DNA from: the human T2T-CHM13v2.0 reference genome, Homo sapiens
Length of the DNA stretch: 64,000 bases
Assembly (NCBI RefSeq): GCF_009914755.1
Contig: NC_060939.1
Strand: one strand, 5' to 3'
The position numbers and the translations under genes were made by a program. The notes below the pieces were generated by a model. That model searched no databases. It was not told where the DNA came from and worked only from the letters and a program-made list of their open reading frames with translations. Position 1 is the first letter of the stretch; every line of letters begins with the position of its first letter. Positions 25,664 to 39,260 of this stretch are shown here, one piece after another.

Positions 25664-26768
25664 ATTAAGGGGAATTTGTTAATAAAACAGGTTTTTTTAA
25701 AAAATCAACTTTTAGACACGGGAGTATGTATTATTTTTTGCTAGTTTTACTTAATATGTGTTAAAATATGTGATTTTTCTTCATTACGTATTATGTTTCT
25801 TTTGTGCTCTAAGAAATTGTTCCTAACCAAACACAATAAGGTTTTTTTTCTTCTATACATTTTTCTAAACATTTTAGAGGATTACTGCTCACATTTAAGT
25901 ATTTTATCTAGCTGAAATTAATTTTTGCATATAGGCAGAGGAAACGTTCTAATTTTGTCTTTTTCCATATGGACAGCCAATTAATGGTCCCAGCACCATC
26001 ACCAGTTTTATAAAAACCTACTTCCATTATGTGCCAAACTCTCATATACATGAGGGGGTTGTTTCTTTTTTCCATGTTATGTTCCCTTGATTTATTTCCT
26101 ATTCCTGCACCTGTACCATCCAGGTTAAAATATTGACATTTCGTTAATATTTATAATTACTTACTGGTGAAATACTTATTTATATATTACACAATTATAT
26201 TAAAATAAAAATATTACTCATATAAATTCATACTCTTTCTCTTGTGCCTCCCCTTTCCTTCTTATTACAGTGGCCTCTTCCATCTATTTTTTTTTCCCTT
26301 TACAATATCATCTTAGTCATTATTTAATTTTCAGTTTCCATAGGAAGTTTAGAATCTGCATGTCAAAGTTCATGAAAGATCTTTTTGGAATTTTAACTAT
26401 AACCACATTCAATTTGCAGATTTATTTAGGGAGAATTGGGATATTTATGACATTATAATTACCATCCATGTAGATATATCTGTTTTTATTTATAACATTT
26501 CTTTTTAGTCTTCAATAAAATTTTACATTCAGGCCAAACATGTTTTTTACATGGAAAATTTTATTTTGAATATGTTTCATCTTGAAACTAATTGTCCATT
26601 TACATTTGACAACAGCCATGTTACCTCTTCTGTTTTTTTCTTTTAATTTTTATCCACATTTAACATATATAAAGATAAGTGAACAAATCATAATAGTAAG
26701 TCTTGATTACAGAGGGGTCATAATCAAGAAACTGTCACCTAGACAAAGAGAAATTTTTAAAAGCTAAT
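24620..26768 (-). mobile_element. Old L1M (L1ME-like) fragments
   Basis: T-rich L1 antisense text: ttttccatatggacagccaa...cccagcaccat; tttagaatctgcatgtcaaagttcatga...gatttatttagggagaattgg. Confidence 0.7.
25599..25663 (+). repeat. Compound microsatellite (TA)6(TG)20(AG)6
   Basis: Read directly from the sequence. Confidence 0.97.
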
Positions 26769-27904
26769 TATCGGGGGAAATTCAGCCAGATATCCTGCGA
26801 AATTCAGCCAGATATCGGGCGAAGTTCACCCCCAATATTTCATGTAGGTTCTTTTCTATGTTCCCTAAGGGTCAGCCGGTCTGAGAAATAAAAGGACAGA
26901 GTACAAAAGAGAGAAATTTTAAAGCTGGGTGTCCAGGGGAGACATCACATGTCAGCAGGTTCCATGATGGCCCCTGAGCCGTAAAACCAGCAAGTTTTTA
27001 TTAGTGATTTTCAAAAGGGGAGGGAGTGTATGAATAGGGTGTGGGTCACAGAGATCACGAGCTTCACAAGGTAACAGAATATCACAAGGCAAATGGAGGC
27101 AGGGCGAGATCACAGGACCATGGGACTGGGGGCAAAATTAAAATTGCTAATGAAGTTTCGGGCACACAATTTCATTGATAACATCTTATCAGGAGACAGG
27201 GTTTGAGAGCAGACAACCAGTCTGACCAAAATTTATTAGGCAGGAATTTCCTTGTCCTAATAAGACTGGGAGTGCTACGGGAGACTGCGGCTTATTTCAT
27301 CCCTACAGCTTCGACTGTAAAAGACGGCCACCCCCCGAAGCGGCCATTTCAGAGGCCTACCCTCAGGGACGCATTCTCTTTCTCAGGGATGTTCCTTGCT
27401 GAGAAAAAGAATTCAGCGATATTTCTCCCATTTGCTTTTGAAAGAAGAGAAATATGGCTCTGTTCCACCTGGCTCACTGGCAGTCAGAGTTTAAGGTTAT
27501 CTCTCTTGCTCCCTGAACATTGCTGTTATCGTGTTCTTTTTTCAAGGTGCCCAGATTTCATATTGTTCAAACACACATGCTCTACAAACAATTTGTGCAG
27601 TTAACACAATCATCACATGGTCCTGAGGCAACATACATCCTCCTCAGTTTACAAAGATAATGGGATTAAGAGATTAAAGTAAAGACAGGCATAGGAAATC
27701 ACAAGGATATTGATTGGCGAAGTGATAAGTGTCCATGAAATCTTCACAATTTATGTTCAGAGATTGCAGTAAAGACAGGCGTAAGAAATTATAAAAGTAT
27801 TAATTTGGGGAACTAATAAATGTCTGTGAAATCTTCACAATTTATGTTCTTCTGCCATGGCTTCAGCCGGTCCCTCCCTTCCAGGTTCCTGACTTCCCGC
27901 AACA
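26769..27904 (-). mobile_element. MER11 (B/C-type) solo LTR of HERV-K11/HML-8
   Basis: Minus strand starts tgttgcgggaagtcagg and ends ...tttcccccgata; ~1.14 kb; internal repeat tgaaatcttcacaatttatgttc; 6-bp TSD gctaat (26763-26768) / gctaaa (27905-27910); no internal proviral sequence. Confidence 0.92.
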
Positions 27905-28062
27905 GCTAAACTTGAAAGAGAATATTATGCACATCCCAGAAGTCTCCTGGTGTCTCCTTTTGCTCTTTGACTCATCACCCTTCCTACGGATCGTTCACTA
28001 TTCTTATTATCACACATCATTGACTAGTTTGTCCTCTTAAAAATGTGATATGAATGGGATGT

Positions 28063-28260
28063 TTGCCCTTCCCACCATGTGAGGACACAGGGAGAAGGCA
28101 CCATCTGTGAACCAGGAGACAGGCCTCACCAGACACAGAATCTGCCAGTGCCTTGATCTTGAACTTCTCAGTCCCCAGAACTCTAACAAATAACTTTGTT
28201 TTATTCATAAGCTATCAAGTTTATAGCATTTGGTTAAAGAGGCCCACATGCACTAAGACA
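28063..28260 (+). mobile_element. MLT1A-type MaLR LTR, 3' half
   Basis: ccaccatgtgaggacacagggagaaggcaccatctgtgaaccagg...gaatctgccagtgccttgatcttgaacttc...actaagaca. Confidence 0.88.
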
Positions 28261-28780
28261 GTATTCCATTGTGTGAATATTATTTATCCATTGGAATCAT
28301 TTATTCCCTGAAATCTCAGTGGGCATTTGGATAGTTTCTAGTGGGGGACCATTATAAATAGGGCTGCTATGAACAGTATTGTACCTGTCTTTTGATGAAA
28401 ATATGCATCTAATTATTTGGGTATAAATTTAAGTGTGGGCTTAATGAGTCATATGGTATATATATTCAACTTGTAGTTGATACTGCCAAAGAAATTTTTA
28501 GCATTGTATGGAGAATTCTGATGATCCACATTACCAACCATTTGTATCTCTTTTCTTTTTCACTGATTTTTTGTAATGGGGAAATAGTGGGATTGCATTG
28601 TGGTTTAATTTCCATTTTTTTCAGATGACTAATAAAATAGAGTATTTTATTTTTATATTTTATTAACCATTTGAGTCTCTTCTTTTGTGAAGAGCCTATT
28701 CAAACTTTTGTTCATCGTTGTATTGAGTTGATTGTGTTTTTCTGATTGAGTTGGAAAAGTATGTGTTGGACACCCCCCCA

Positions 28781-28802
28781 ACACACACACACACACACAC
28801 AC
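28781..28802 (+). repeat. (AC)11 microsatellite preceded by a C run
   Basis: Read directly from the sequence. Confidence 0.9.
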
Positions 28803-29521
28803 CCCTACACTTTTCACTCCCTTGTCAGTATGTTTTATTTCTGAGTCTAATGTACTATAACTTATTTTTCTTTTAAGGCTAGTTCTGCTCATATCCTATT
28901 TAAGAAATCTTTGCCTACTCTAAGATCATGAAGCTATCCTCCTATGTGTTTTTAAACCTCTATTGTCTTACCTTTCACATTTAGGTCTATGATCCACTTT
29001 TAGTTATTTCTGTATATAATATGATGTAAGGAACAAGACACATTTTCTTGCCATTGACATCCAGTTGGCACAATACCATTTATTAAAAAGGCCACCTTTG
29101 CCTTCACTGCCGTGTCAGTTTTGTCATAAATCAGATGACCATATGTTTCAGAAACTATCCCTGGATTCTTTTCTGTTCTACTGATTTATGTTTCCCTTTT
29201 TATCTCAATATCACACTGTGTTCATTAATATAGATTTATAACAGCTCTCAATATCTTATTGGGTATGTCCTTCATGTTTATTGTTCTTTGATATTACTTT
29301 GCCTTTTCTTGGCCATTTGCATTTTCATGTAAAAATTTAGAATCAACTTATAAACTCCCACCAAAAGTACATTCTGGATCTTTATTGGAATCACCTTTAT
29401 TGGAATCGCATTGAGTCAGTAGATCAATTTGGGGGAAGATTTGGAATTTGACAACATAAAAGTTTTTTATTCTATGGCTATAAAATATCTTTCAATTAAT
29501 TGGGTCTTCTTTAACTTCTTT

Positions 29522-29828
29522 TTTTTTTTTTTTTCTTTTGGTGAGACAGAGTCTCGCTCTGTCGCCCAGGCTGGAGCTCAGTGGCGTGATATCTTGGCTC
29601 ACTGCGACTTCCACCTCCCGGGTTCAAGCAATTCTCCTGCCTCAGTCTCAATCCCGAGTAGCTGGGATTACAGGCATGTGCCACCACACCTGGCTAATTT
29701 TTGTATTTTTAGTAGAGACGTGGTTTCACCATGTTTGCCTGTCTGATTTTGAACTCCTGACCTCAGGTGATCCACCCACCTCAGCCTCCCAAAGTGCTAG
29801 GATTACAGGCATGAGCCACTGCACCTGG
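29522..29828 (-). mobile_element. AluS inside L1M
   Basis: gagacagagtctcgctctgtcgcccaggctgg...gagccactgcacctgg; TSD tttaacttcttt (29510-29521 / 29831-29842). Confidence 0.96.
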
Positions 29829-32450
29829 AATTTAACTTCTTTTAATTGTTTGAATTGCTCATTTTTGAAGTTTTTATAATTTTTATTAATTTAATTTATT
29901 CCTAAGTATTTAACATGTTCTGATGTTATTGTAAATAGCACCCTTTAAAATATTTGTATTTATTTGTTAATTCTGTATTATGTTCATTTCTCTTTGAAAT
30001 AACATAGAGATGAATTTTTTTTCAAGTTCTCTCTGTCATTACCTGACATGTTTAGCCCATGTATGTTACTGATATGTGTTAATTTATTTTCTCCAACAGT
30101 TTATGAATTTTCTACTTACTATGTTTTGCCTTTAGTTTTAGCTCTATATTTCCTGCCTTCCGTAGGGTTAATCAATTTTATTTATTCTCACGTTCCTCTT
30201 TACTGTTTTGAAAAGTGCACATTATGCCTCTAATTGTTTATAGGTTTCCCTTAATATTTCAATGTAACACCTCCTTTGTGGGAGTTGATATAAGAATTTA
30301 GTAGCAAACATGAGGCAATGTATTCTGAGTGCATGACCCATGACAGGTGCTCAAAACCAGTAATTATCATTATGAGGATTTTTAGGACTCTTAGAGATCG
30401 TTTTAAGACACAAAAATCATCTTTTCTTACCCCACTCTTTGTATATCTCCCTGTGTCACTCTCTACATACCTTTCTAGGACTAAACAGTGACATTAAACC
30501 TATCCTTAAAGAACTTTTATATCTGAGTCGTTTCATTGTAAGAAGAAAATTGAGTCACTAAAATCTCCAGGGATGGTTAGGCTACCAAAGACAATATAGT
30601 CAAGAGTAGTGGAGCCTCAGCTTGAGGCTTATGAGACTGGAAGCTGAAACATGTTTTTTCCACCTCATTTACATGTATCTTGTTAAAAGTTGACTATGAT
30701 GACACTCTGATCATCTACTGGGAAGAACAAGCATGAGAGGTTTTGCCCATTTTTTTTTTTAATTGGCCTTGTTATAGCTATTAACAGAATCATGGCTTTT
30801 ACTTTTTATCGAGAAGTTTCTCTTTGTCCTTCCCTCTTAATCACAATTTATAGATCTTCTGGATCTGTGGCAGAGTTATTATAGATCTTGGACTTCATAG
30901 TCTTTTAATCTACAAAAATTGTGACTCAAAAGTCACAATCTCAAAACGCTACTCATTCAAATATCAGTCCTGACACAATCTAGGAATCAAAAATTATATT
31001 TGTTTGTTATTTCTGTATTACGTTTTTATCTCTTTTAAATAATTAGAGCCTTAACTCTCAAAGGGCCTTGACTCATTTCAAAATCTTTATTATTTTTTAA
31101 ATTTTAAGGATTATTTGACAATAGTATTTATAAAACAATGAAGAGTACTATTTTCCATATATAATGTCTGAGTCATTATTTGACTCTATGCTACCTGGTA
31201 GATATTATCTCCCATTCCAAGATATATATTATTCCCTTGCAAAAGCAGACAAGACAATTCAGGTGTAAACTCTACAGGAGAGACAGTAGGATTTTACTAT
31301 TTCTCATTTCTAAAATGTGTTTGAAATGCTATGTAATCTGCTCTAATCTTATTTGAGGAATTGGAAGCAAAATCCAAAAATAATCATTTCCTACTTTTGT
31401 GTGCGTTCTTGAAAGATATGATGAGACTGGTGGTTAGACACAAAAATATGAGTGAAACTAATCTTGGATAATACTCTAACAATTGCATTAATTTTTGCTT
31501 CAAGTTGATATCAGTCAACTTAAAGTTGGGGCATATCAATCAAATTCAGGATCGATCAAGGTAGGGATAGGTGGCAATAGGGAAGTAAGAAAAATCTACA
31601 TATACTTAGAAAACATTTTTATAAATGTTGAGATTTGCTGAAACTTTGCCTTGCAATGGTAAAGCAAATACTTTATTCTTGTGAAGGTCAGCAGTGAAAT
31701 GTTTTAAGAATTAAAGACAGTGGGGCCATTTTTGTTAAATTTGACAAGCCCCAAAGCTAACTACTTTCTATGTCAACGTCTGATTGAAGGGAAATTAGCT
31801 TTAACTTGCACTAACCAAATTCTTTGGCCACTTTTCCTTGTTTGTTTGTTTTAAGTGATGTTTCATCTCTCCAGTGACATGTATAATTAGTTAAAAGGCT
31901 GAGAAAAACAGTTGCATCCCAGAGGAATCCATATCCATGAAATTGTTTTACTCCTTCCAAGTTGCTTATGCTTTCCAGTTGTTATAAGAAGTTATTCCAC
32001 CAAATGAAATTGCTATTTTAATTGTTACCCCCTGCTTTCCATGTCCCCGGTACTGCCTTTCCCTTCTTGTTAATCCATTTAGATGCATGTTTATTCTTCT
32101 ACCACGAGTCCTAAGAATAAGTTCTGGTCCTCTATTCTGTTTTCTTTCTCATCTTCTACTAAAGACATGCATCTGTTCTGTAGTTAATGTTATCAGCTAC
32201 TATGGAATTTCCTAATCTCTGGGGATCTCCAGAAAGTCTGTTGTTTAAAGCAAACTTTTTCACTCATTTTTACCCTTTCTTTTTCTTTGGGAATAGAAAT
32301 GGTCTTCTTTTTCTTCACAGCACAAGAACAGGAAGAATGTGTGGTCTATGTGTCCAAGAATGTCTTCCCATCATGGTAGAGTGGTCCTGTCTCCAAGGTG
32401 CAGGACTCCCTGCCATTGGCTTTCTTTGCATCACTATTTGAAAATTATAA

Positions 32451-32814
<364 letters not shown>

Positions 32815-32837
32815 TAAACTGCTGGTTTAGAGGAGGA

Positions 32838-33100
32838 ATGGTGTTGGAGTAGAAGTAAGAACATGGATTTTGAGGTCAGAGTGACGTGAGATTAAATCCC
32901 TGCCCTAATGTTTACTTACTGTGCAATTTTGCACAATCTCTTAACCTCAGTTCCCTGTCTGTAATATGTGAATAATAATAATACTTGCTATAAAGGAGTG
33001 TTGTTAATTTTAAATGAGATAACTTATATAGTATTTAGGACAGAGCTGGCACATCATAAGCTCTTAGTGCCATGTTAAATATTAATAATGATATTAATAA
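32838..33100 (+). mobile_element. MIR, near full length
   Basis: taagaacatggattttgaggtcaga...cttaacctcagttccctgtctgtaatatgtgaataataata...aaatgagataac...ctggcacatcataagctc. Confidence 0.85.
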
Positions 33101-33282
33101 TGTTGGAGCATAGAAAGTCCTGTTCCCCACAGAGGCAACCTACTGATGGAATTCAGGAAAAATATAGCCAGAAAGATAATTTGCTTTGTGAACTGGTCTA
33201 ATGAAAACAGGAGATGTGGTTATGCAAATTCCAGAAATAATAGCCAACATTTATTTCAGCTTGCCAGAGCATATTCTCTGCC

Positions 33283-33453
33283 CCACTGGTTTTCGGATTT
33301 TACTGTGAATAAAAATCCCTGGGTAGCTCGTTATGAATGCAGAGACCCAGGTTCTATCCTTAGAGATTTTAGTTTATTTGCCCTTGGGTTCATGATTCTG
33401 CTTTCTAGGGAGTACCCCAGGTGTCTTCATTAACTATATATTAAAAACTGCTG
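33283..33453. mobile_element. MER5-family relic
   Basis: cactggttttcgg...aatccctgggtagctcgttatgaatgcaga...ccccaggtg...aaaactgctg. Confidence 0.55.
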
Positions 33454-34182
33454 TACTGGGCTTTGATTCAGGCTGACCCTATTGCTTGATAAAGCTTACT
33501 TTTCTTATACAGTTTCCCACCACTCTCTGAGCCACAGTTCAGAGGTAACTGTGGCTTCTACTGCGTTATAAATTATCCATAGAGACAGGTTAGTCAGACT
33601 GCCTTGGCCTATAGAATACTCTAAAATACAATAGTGCTCAGTAGCTATAGCCCGAGTTCCTACAAGGCATTAGGTTCTTTCTAGTTTATAGCTCATTGGT
33701 GAAATGGAGTTTGACGTCATTGGAACAGATAATCTTTGTACTACTATCTTTGCAACTTTTCTATAAATCAAGTTATTCAAAATAAGATTATTAAAAAAAA
33801 ATTAGCTCGTAAGTTCGTATTTTCTCAAGTGCCTTTTCAAGCACGGTATTACAAATAATAGTAATAATTATCAGTATAAATTAAGAGGAAGGCTGTACTT
33901 TCTCGGGCAAATTCTTACAATGAATGCAAATGAATTGGTGTTACTGCAGAGGAAACCTCACTTCCTAAGGTGCACTCTCTGCCCTTTCCATCCCTGAAGC
34001 TAAGGAGGAATAGGAGAAAGGAGAGCCAGGGCACAGCTGTAGGGAGCACATCCAGATAGCACTTAGTAAGGGGCTTAAGTGTCTGGGTAGGAGGTGCAGG
34101 GAGAGAATCAAGGGGAAGCATGGTCAAGGTCAGTGTTTGGAAAATCTGGCTGACCGTCAGAATCCTTTAGGACTTTTTCTGA

Positions 34183-34531
<349 letters not shown>

Positions 34532-34964
34532 CGAGATGTGCGTGTTTTAAAGGGTCAGTAGTGATTATGATGAGCAATCCAGTTTGGAAAACACAGATAT
34601 CAGCAATGAAGCAGAAGTTAGGAGAAAATCACAAGAAATAAATCAGGTAATCGAACCCCAAGAGAACTGAGTTATAGGGCAACTGAGTAGTCAGAGAGCT
34701 CTTTCTAGTGGGGTACAGAGGGTAAGAGCTAGTGTCTAGTTACAGAAACTCAAACAGGAGAGCTGGGACTACATCAGAGGCAGAAACTATGACTGGAGAT
34801 GGGAAGTGATTTTAGTGTTCTAGGTTAGTGCTGGTGACATAGGATATAGGAGTGTATCAGGTAGTTTGAGTACAAACACCCACTGGGTAAATAGTTGTGA
34901 AGGGATTTGGCTTCTTTTCAGAGACTTTTTGGTTTTCTGGATTTTTTTTGAAAGTTTTTCTGGA

Positions 34965-35161
34965 TTATTTTATTTTATTATTATTATACTTTAAGTTTTA
35001 GGGTACATGTGCACAGTGTGCAGGTTAGTTAGATATGTATACACGTGCCATGCTGGTGTGCTGCACCCATTAACTCGTCATTTAGCATTAGGTATATCTC
35101 CTAAAGCTATCCCTCCCCCTTCCCCCGACCCCACAACAGTCCCTAGAGTGTGATGTTCCCC
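34965..35161 (-). mobile_element. Short 5'-truncated young L1PA (L1PA2/3-like) 3' end
   Basis: ttattatactttaagttttagggtacatgtgcac...tcatttagcattagg...acaacagtccctagagtgtgatgttcccc. Confidence 0.95.
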
Positions 35162-35974
35162 TGATTCTTCCGGGACTAACACTTGTGTCAAAGCCTTGGC
35201 TCTGAAAGCTCATGACTGCCAGGGGCTCTGGGTTGTAGAAAGAGAGTGTGGCAGGATATGGCTTGTGCAGTCATCAATACGTACAAAGGATATTGGGTAC
35301 AATTAATTTTAATAAAATATTTAGGGCATATTTATGTATTAAATACATAAAAATATAATAAACACATACATACTTAACTAATAAGCTAAATGCTAAAATA
35401 TCACAAATAAAATGGTTATCCTCTCTATACCCATGTCAGAATCCATCTTCCTCTTTGCAACCTAAAATAACCATTATTCTAAATTTAGCTTTTACCATTT
35501 TAAGGACCATCTCTCTATCATTTGTTGATACATCTCAACTTTCATGTAATTGTTGTCATGCTTTATGAATCCTTCTTTCTTATTTCAGCATGTGTTCTTG
35601 AGACATATGCATGTTGCTACATGTAGATCTAGCCCTTTAGTTTTGTTGTGTTAGATTAGAAACACTAGAATTTATGCATGTGTTATTAAACACTGTGCTA
35701 CATTTAACATTCTCACACCTATCTCCTTGTACCCTTGTACTACTGTTTTGCCAGTATGGAGAGTGTCGAGCCAAAAGGTATGTTCATCTTCTGGATGTTG
35801 CCAAATTGGTCTGCAACTGGTGGTACCAATTTACACTACTACCAACAGTGCATGAGATTTCTTAATGCTCCACATTTTGTCAACACTTGGTGGTGTTTGC
35901 CTAATTGATGTTGTTTGAAGGGTTATTACTGATTCTTTTGTACTAATCAAATATTTAATGGGTATTCTTTGATT

Positions 35975-36640
35975 GTTTTTTAAATGAATTTGTATATATT
36001 TAATACATAATGTTTATATATATATATACTGAAATGATTACTACAGTCAAGCAAACTAACATATCCACAACATATCCATAACCTTCCATAGTTACCCATT
36101 TTTATGTGTATATGTGTGGTGAGAGCACCTAAAATCTATTAACAAATTTTCAGTATGCAATACAGTATTATTAACTATAGTTTTCATGCTGTACATTAGA
36201 TCTCTAGACTTATTCATCCTACATACTCTAGACTTACTCATTCTATGTAACTGCAAATTTGTACCCTTAAATCTATATCCTCTCATTTTCCTCCCCTCCC
36301 CTACCCTAGTAATTGCTGTTCTAGTCTCTGTTTCCATGTATTCAACTTTTTCTTTAGACTCCACATATAAGTGAAATCATGCAGTATTTTTATCTGGGTC
36401 TAGCTTTTTTCCCTTAGCATGTCGTCTTCCAGATTCATTCATAAATGTCAGGATCTTCTTTTTTAATGCTGGATAATGTTCCTTTGTATACATATGTATG
36501 TGGACACTTTGGTTGTTTCCATATTTTGCCTAATATGAATAGTCCTCCAATGAACATGACAGCACAGATATATTTCTGAGGTTCTTATTGCATGTCTTTT
36601 GGGGATATGTCCAGCAGAGAGATTGCTGGGTCATATGGAT
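35975..36640 (-). mobile_element. L1MA (MA8/9-like) 3' fragment nested in an older L1M (about 35300-36850)
   Basis: tgaaatgattactacagtcaagc...gtggtgagagcacctaaaatcta...gctgtacattagatctctagacttattcatc...ttagactccacatataagtgaaatcatgcagtattt. Confidence 0.85.
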
Positions 36641-37149
36641 AATTTGCATTTTTCTCAATTACTACCGAGTTTGTGGTCACTTAGGTTTCTTCTTCCAAGA
36701 ATGTTTTATCAATACTTACATCTTTTTTTTCTTCTTTGAATTTTTGATTTTTTTAAATGTTGATTTCAAAGAGTCTATATATTTTGAACACTAATTCTTG
36801 CTATTTAATTGCATTGAAAATAAGTTCCATGAAACTGTGGTGCATCTTTTTGAAGGCCACCTTCTTGAACATAAGAAAGTCAAGTAAGGGAACAAAGAAA
36901 TGTACATCAACTTTTTATAAAGTAGAAGGATGAGGAAATGGGAGATGCTGGCCAGTTGCTAAGGCCGGAGGGAAAAGAACAGGATCTAGAAGTTGATGGA
37001 GTTTGAGGCAGTGGCTCTGCACGGTGCCCACTGAGGCCAAGCCCTTGGAAGGACTTAGATGCTTTCTTTGGTCTCTTGCTTGTGAGCTTGAGCAGACCTA
37101 TTACCACAGAACAAAATATGAATAAAGTAAAGAATACATAGCCTGGTTG

Positions 37150-37790
37150 TTATTTTATTTAGCAGATTCCTAGTAAACACATACTATATGCCAGGCTGTG
37201 TACCAAGTTGCTAGTATTATACACATGAAGATGACACAGAACTTGACCTTCAAGAGATTTCAGGATTGTTAAAAGACTCATCTCTAATGAAGTCACTGCA
37301 AGAAAATGTGGTAAGAGTTTTAATAGCACTAAGTACGGGACAATATTGGAGCCATTGATTTCTTCATTTGTAAAATACTTATAGAACATCTACTATGGGG
37401 TCTAGGGATATAGCAGTGAACAAGAGAAGCAAGACCTCCTGGAGCATATATTTTAAAGATGCGAGACGGTCATAGGCAATTAGTAAATAAACATACAAAA
37501 TCACGGCCATAAATTAGTGATCATTAAATATGTTTATAAGTAACATAATTCAGACAGTGACAAATGTTGTGCTGAACAGTTTTATAAGGATAATGTCATG
37601 AAAAGTGTTGAGGAATGGATCTGCATCCAGCATGGTCGAAGGCCTCTCTAAGGTACAAACATTTGAGTGAGCTATATGTGATGAGAAAGAATCAGACGTA
37701 CAAAATTCAGAAGAATATCACAGACCAAAAAAAAGCAAGTGCAAAGTGCAAGGCTCCAAGGCAGGCATAAGATTGGGGTTCACAGATAAG
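37150..37790 (-). mobile_element. L2 relics (two adjacent 3' ends)
   Basis: tactatatgccaggctgtg; ttcttcatttgtaaaatacttatagaacatctactatg...gggatatagcagtgaacaagag...gaaggcctctctaagg. Confidence 0.75.
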
Positions 37791-39207
37791 CACAAATCAT
37801 AGAAAAAGAAGTAATGGGATCTGCTGGCAGGCAGTAGGGTTTCAGGTTAAAGGCAAGCTTTGCAGAGTAGATCACACTGCAAAATCTGGAAGGATGGAGA
37901 ATAAGCTAAAGAACCTTCTAGCTAGAGGAAATAACATGTGCAAGGTCAAAGCTTTTGCATCTAAATCCATTACTGTGTCTAATTACAGAGTCAGAAATAA
38001 GGTCCTACAAGCCACTGCCTGCAATGTTTCATGATGTCTGGGCTCAGCCCAATTGCCTGTACACTTGTACTCCTAATCTGGAGTCCCAACACTTCCATAG
38101 GCTCCATTGTTAGGCAAGGAATATCACATCATGCAACAATGAAATATGTTTTCCCCCAGGGAAGTAGCATAATGCAGACTCGGATTATCAATTGGAGTTA
38201 AGAGGGTGAGATAGAGATCATCTGAGACAAGTTTCAGCCAAATTCCCATCACCGCAGCTTGTACTTTGGCTTTGGTAGTTGCTGCCAGGTTGTTTAAATT
38301 TTTCTTTGCTGGAAATTTCATGTGAGTTTATAGATGATCCCATTGAGGGGGACAAACAGCTGAATACAAATGGACTTGATTCCACCCTCTTGGAAAGCTA
38401 AGGGGGAGGTGAGTAATGAGCTTTTAAATTATACCTCCTGGCCAATGATCCAGGTCTAAGTAAAACTGCAATCCAGCCCCGGCCAACCTGGATTGCCACA
38501 GTGCCCATTTCAGTGGCTCTCAATCCTCACTCACTCCAGAGAGTGGTTTGAAACACGTGTAAGTTTTAGCAGTCTTTGTGATACTTAGAGACCCCCTATG
38601 TTTTTGAAAGAGTAGGGGAATGTTCACTTGACCAAGTGAGTGCTTCTGATGATAGGGAGCATAAGATATCTCACCCTTGCCTGGGGCTAGCCCTGGTAAG
38701 TCTTATCAAATTTATCTGTATGACTCTCAATTTGGCTTAGATGACTCCAATCATTTGAATTGTTTCTGGTGATGAAAATAGTCACCAGGAGACTAGGAAA
38801 CTCCACCGTCAGTAACATATACACTGTCATCCTTGATTTCCACTACTTTTGCTTTCTCTTATCTGATTTCTTAAAACTCAGCAGTATTATAAGGGTGTTT
38901 TTGTTGTTATTTGTAACATGATGATGCATTCTCATTACTTATTTCTCATCCCAGGATCTGAAAAACTTTCTGAAGAAGGTACACAGAGCTGCATTTTGCA
39001 CTTGGCAACCATTTTCTAATCACAAAGCCCACAGAAAGAAACTTCAGGTGAGGAAAGTACTGTGTTTCTCCAGAAAAAAGACATTCTAGATGTTATTTCA
39101 TCAAGGCATTTGGGTAACATTATCAACCTGAGGAAAGGAACTTGTGTGGCATATTAACTTCACCAGCTGAATAGAAAGGAAGCCATGGGTATATTTTTGT
39201 CCTTCAA

Positions 39208-39260
39208 ACACACACACACACACACACACACGCATGCACGCACGCACACACACACACACA
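39208..39260 (+). repeat. (CA)n/(CG) compound, 53-bp perfectly alternating purine-pyrimidine tract
   Basis: acacac...acacgcatgcacgcacgcacacacacacacaca. Confidence 0.95.

Larger units (their letters stand above)
27905..29990 (-). mobile_element. Old L1M continuation, interrupted by MLT1A, (CA)n and Alu
   Basis: gtattccattgtgtgaat...gggcatttggatagtttctag...cctttcacatttaggtctatgatccac...ggccatttgcattttcatgt...tttagaatcaactt. Confidence 0.8.

Noticed and set aside
27203-27604. 133-aa ORF
   Set aside because: Lies inside the MER11 LTR on the antisense strand; no gag/pol/env similarity.
29429-29879. Alu-derived ORFs (also 7648-7908, 32466-32817, 40585-40779, 44421-44670)
   Set aside because: Typical Alu translation artefacts ([20 protein letters not shown]).
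34930-35170. TSD for the short L1PA at 34965-35161
   Set aside because: Only a weak gatt(a/c)tt match; both ttttctggatt copies lie on the same side, so no TSD is claimed.
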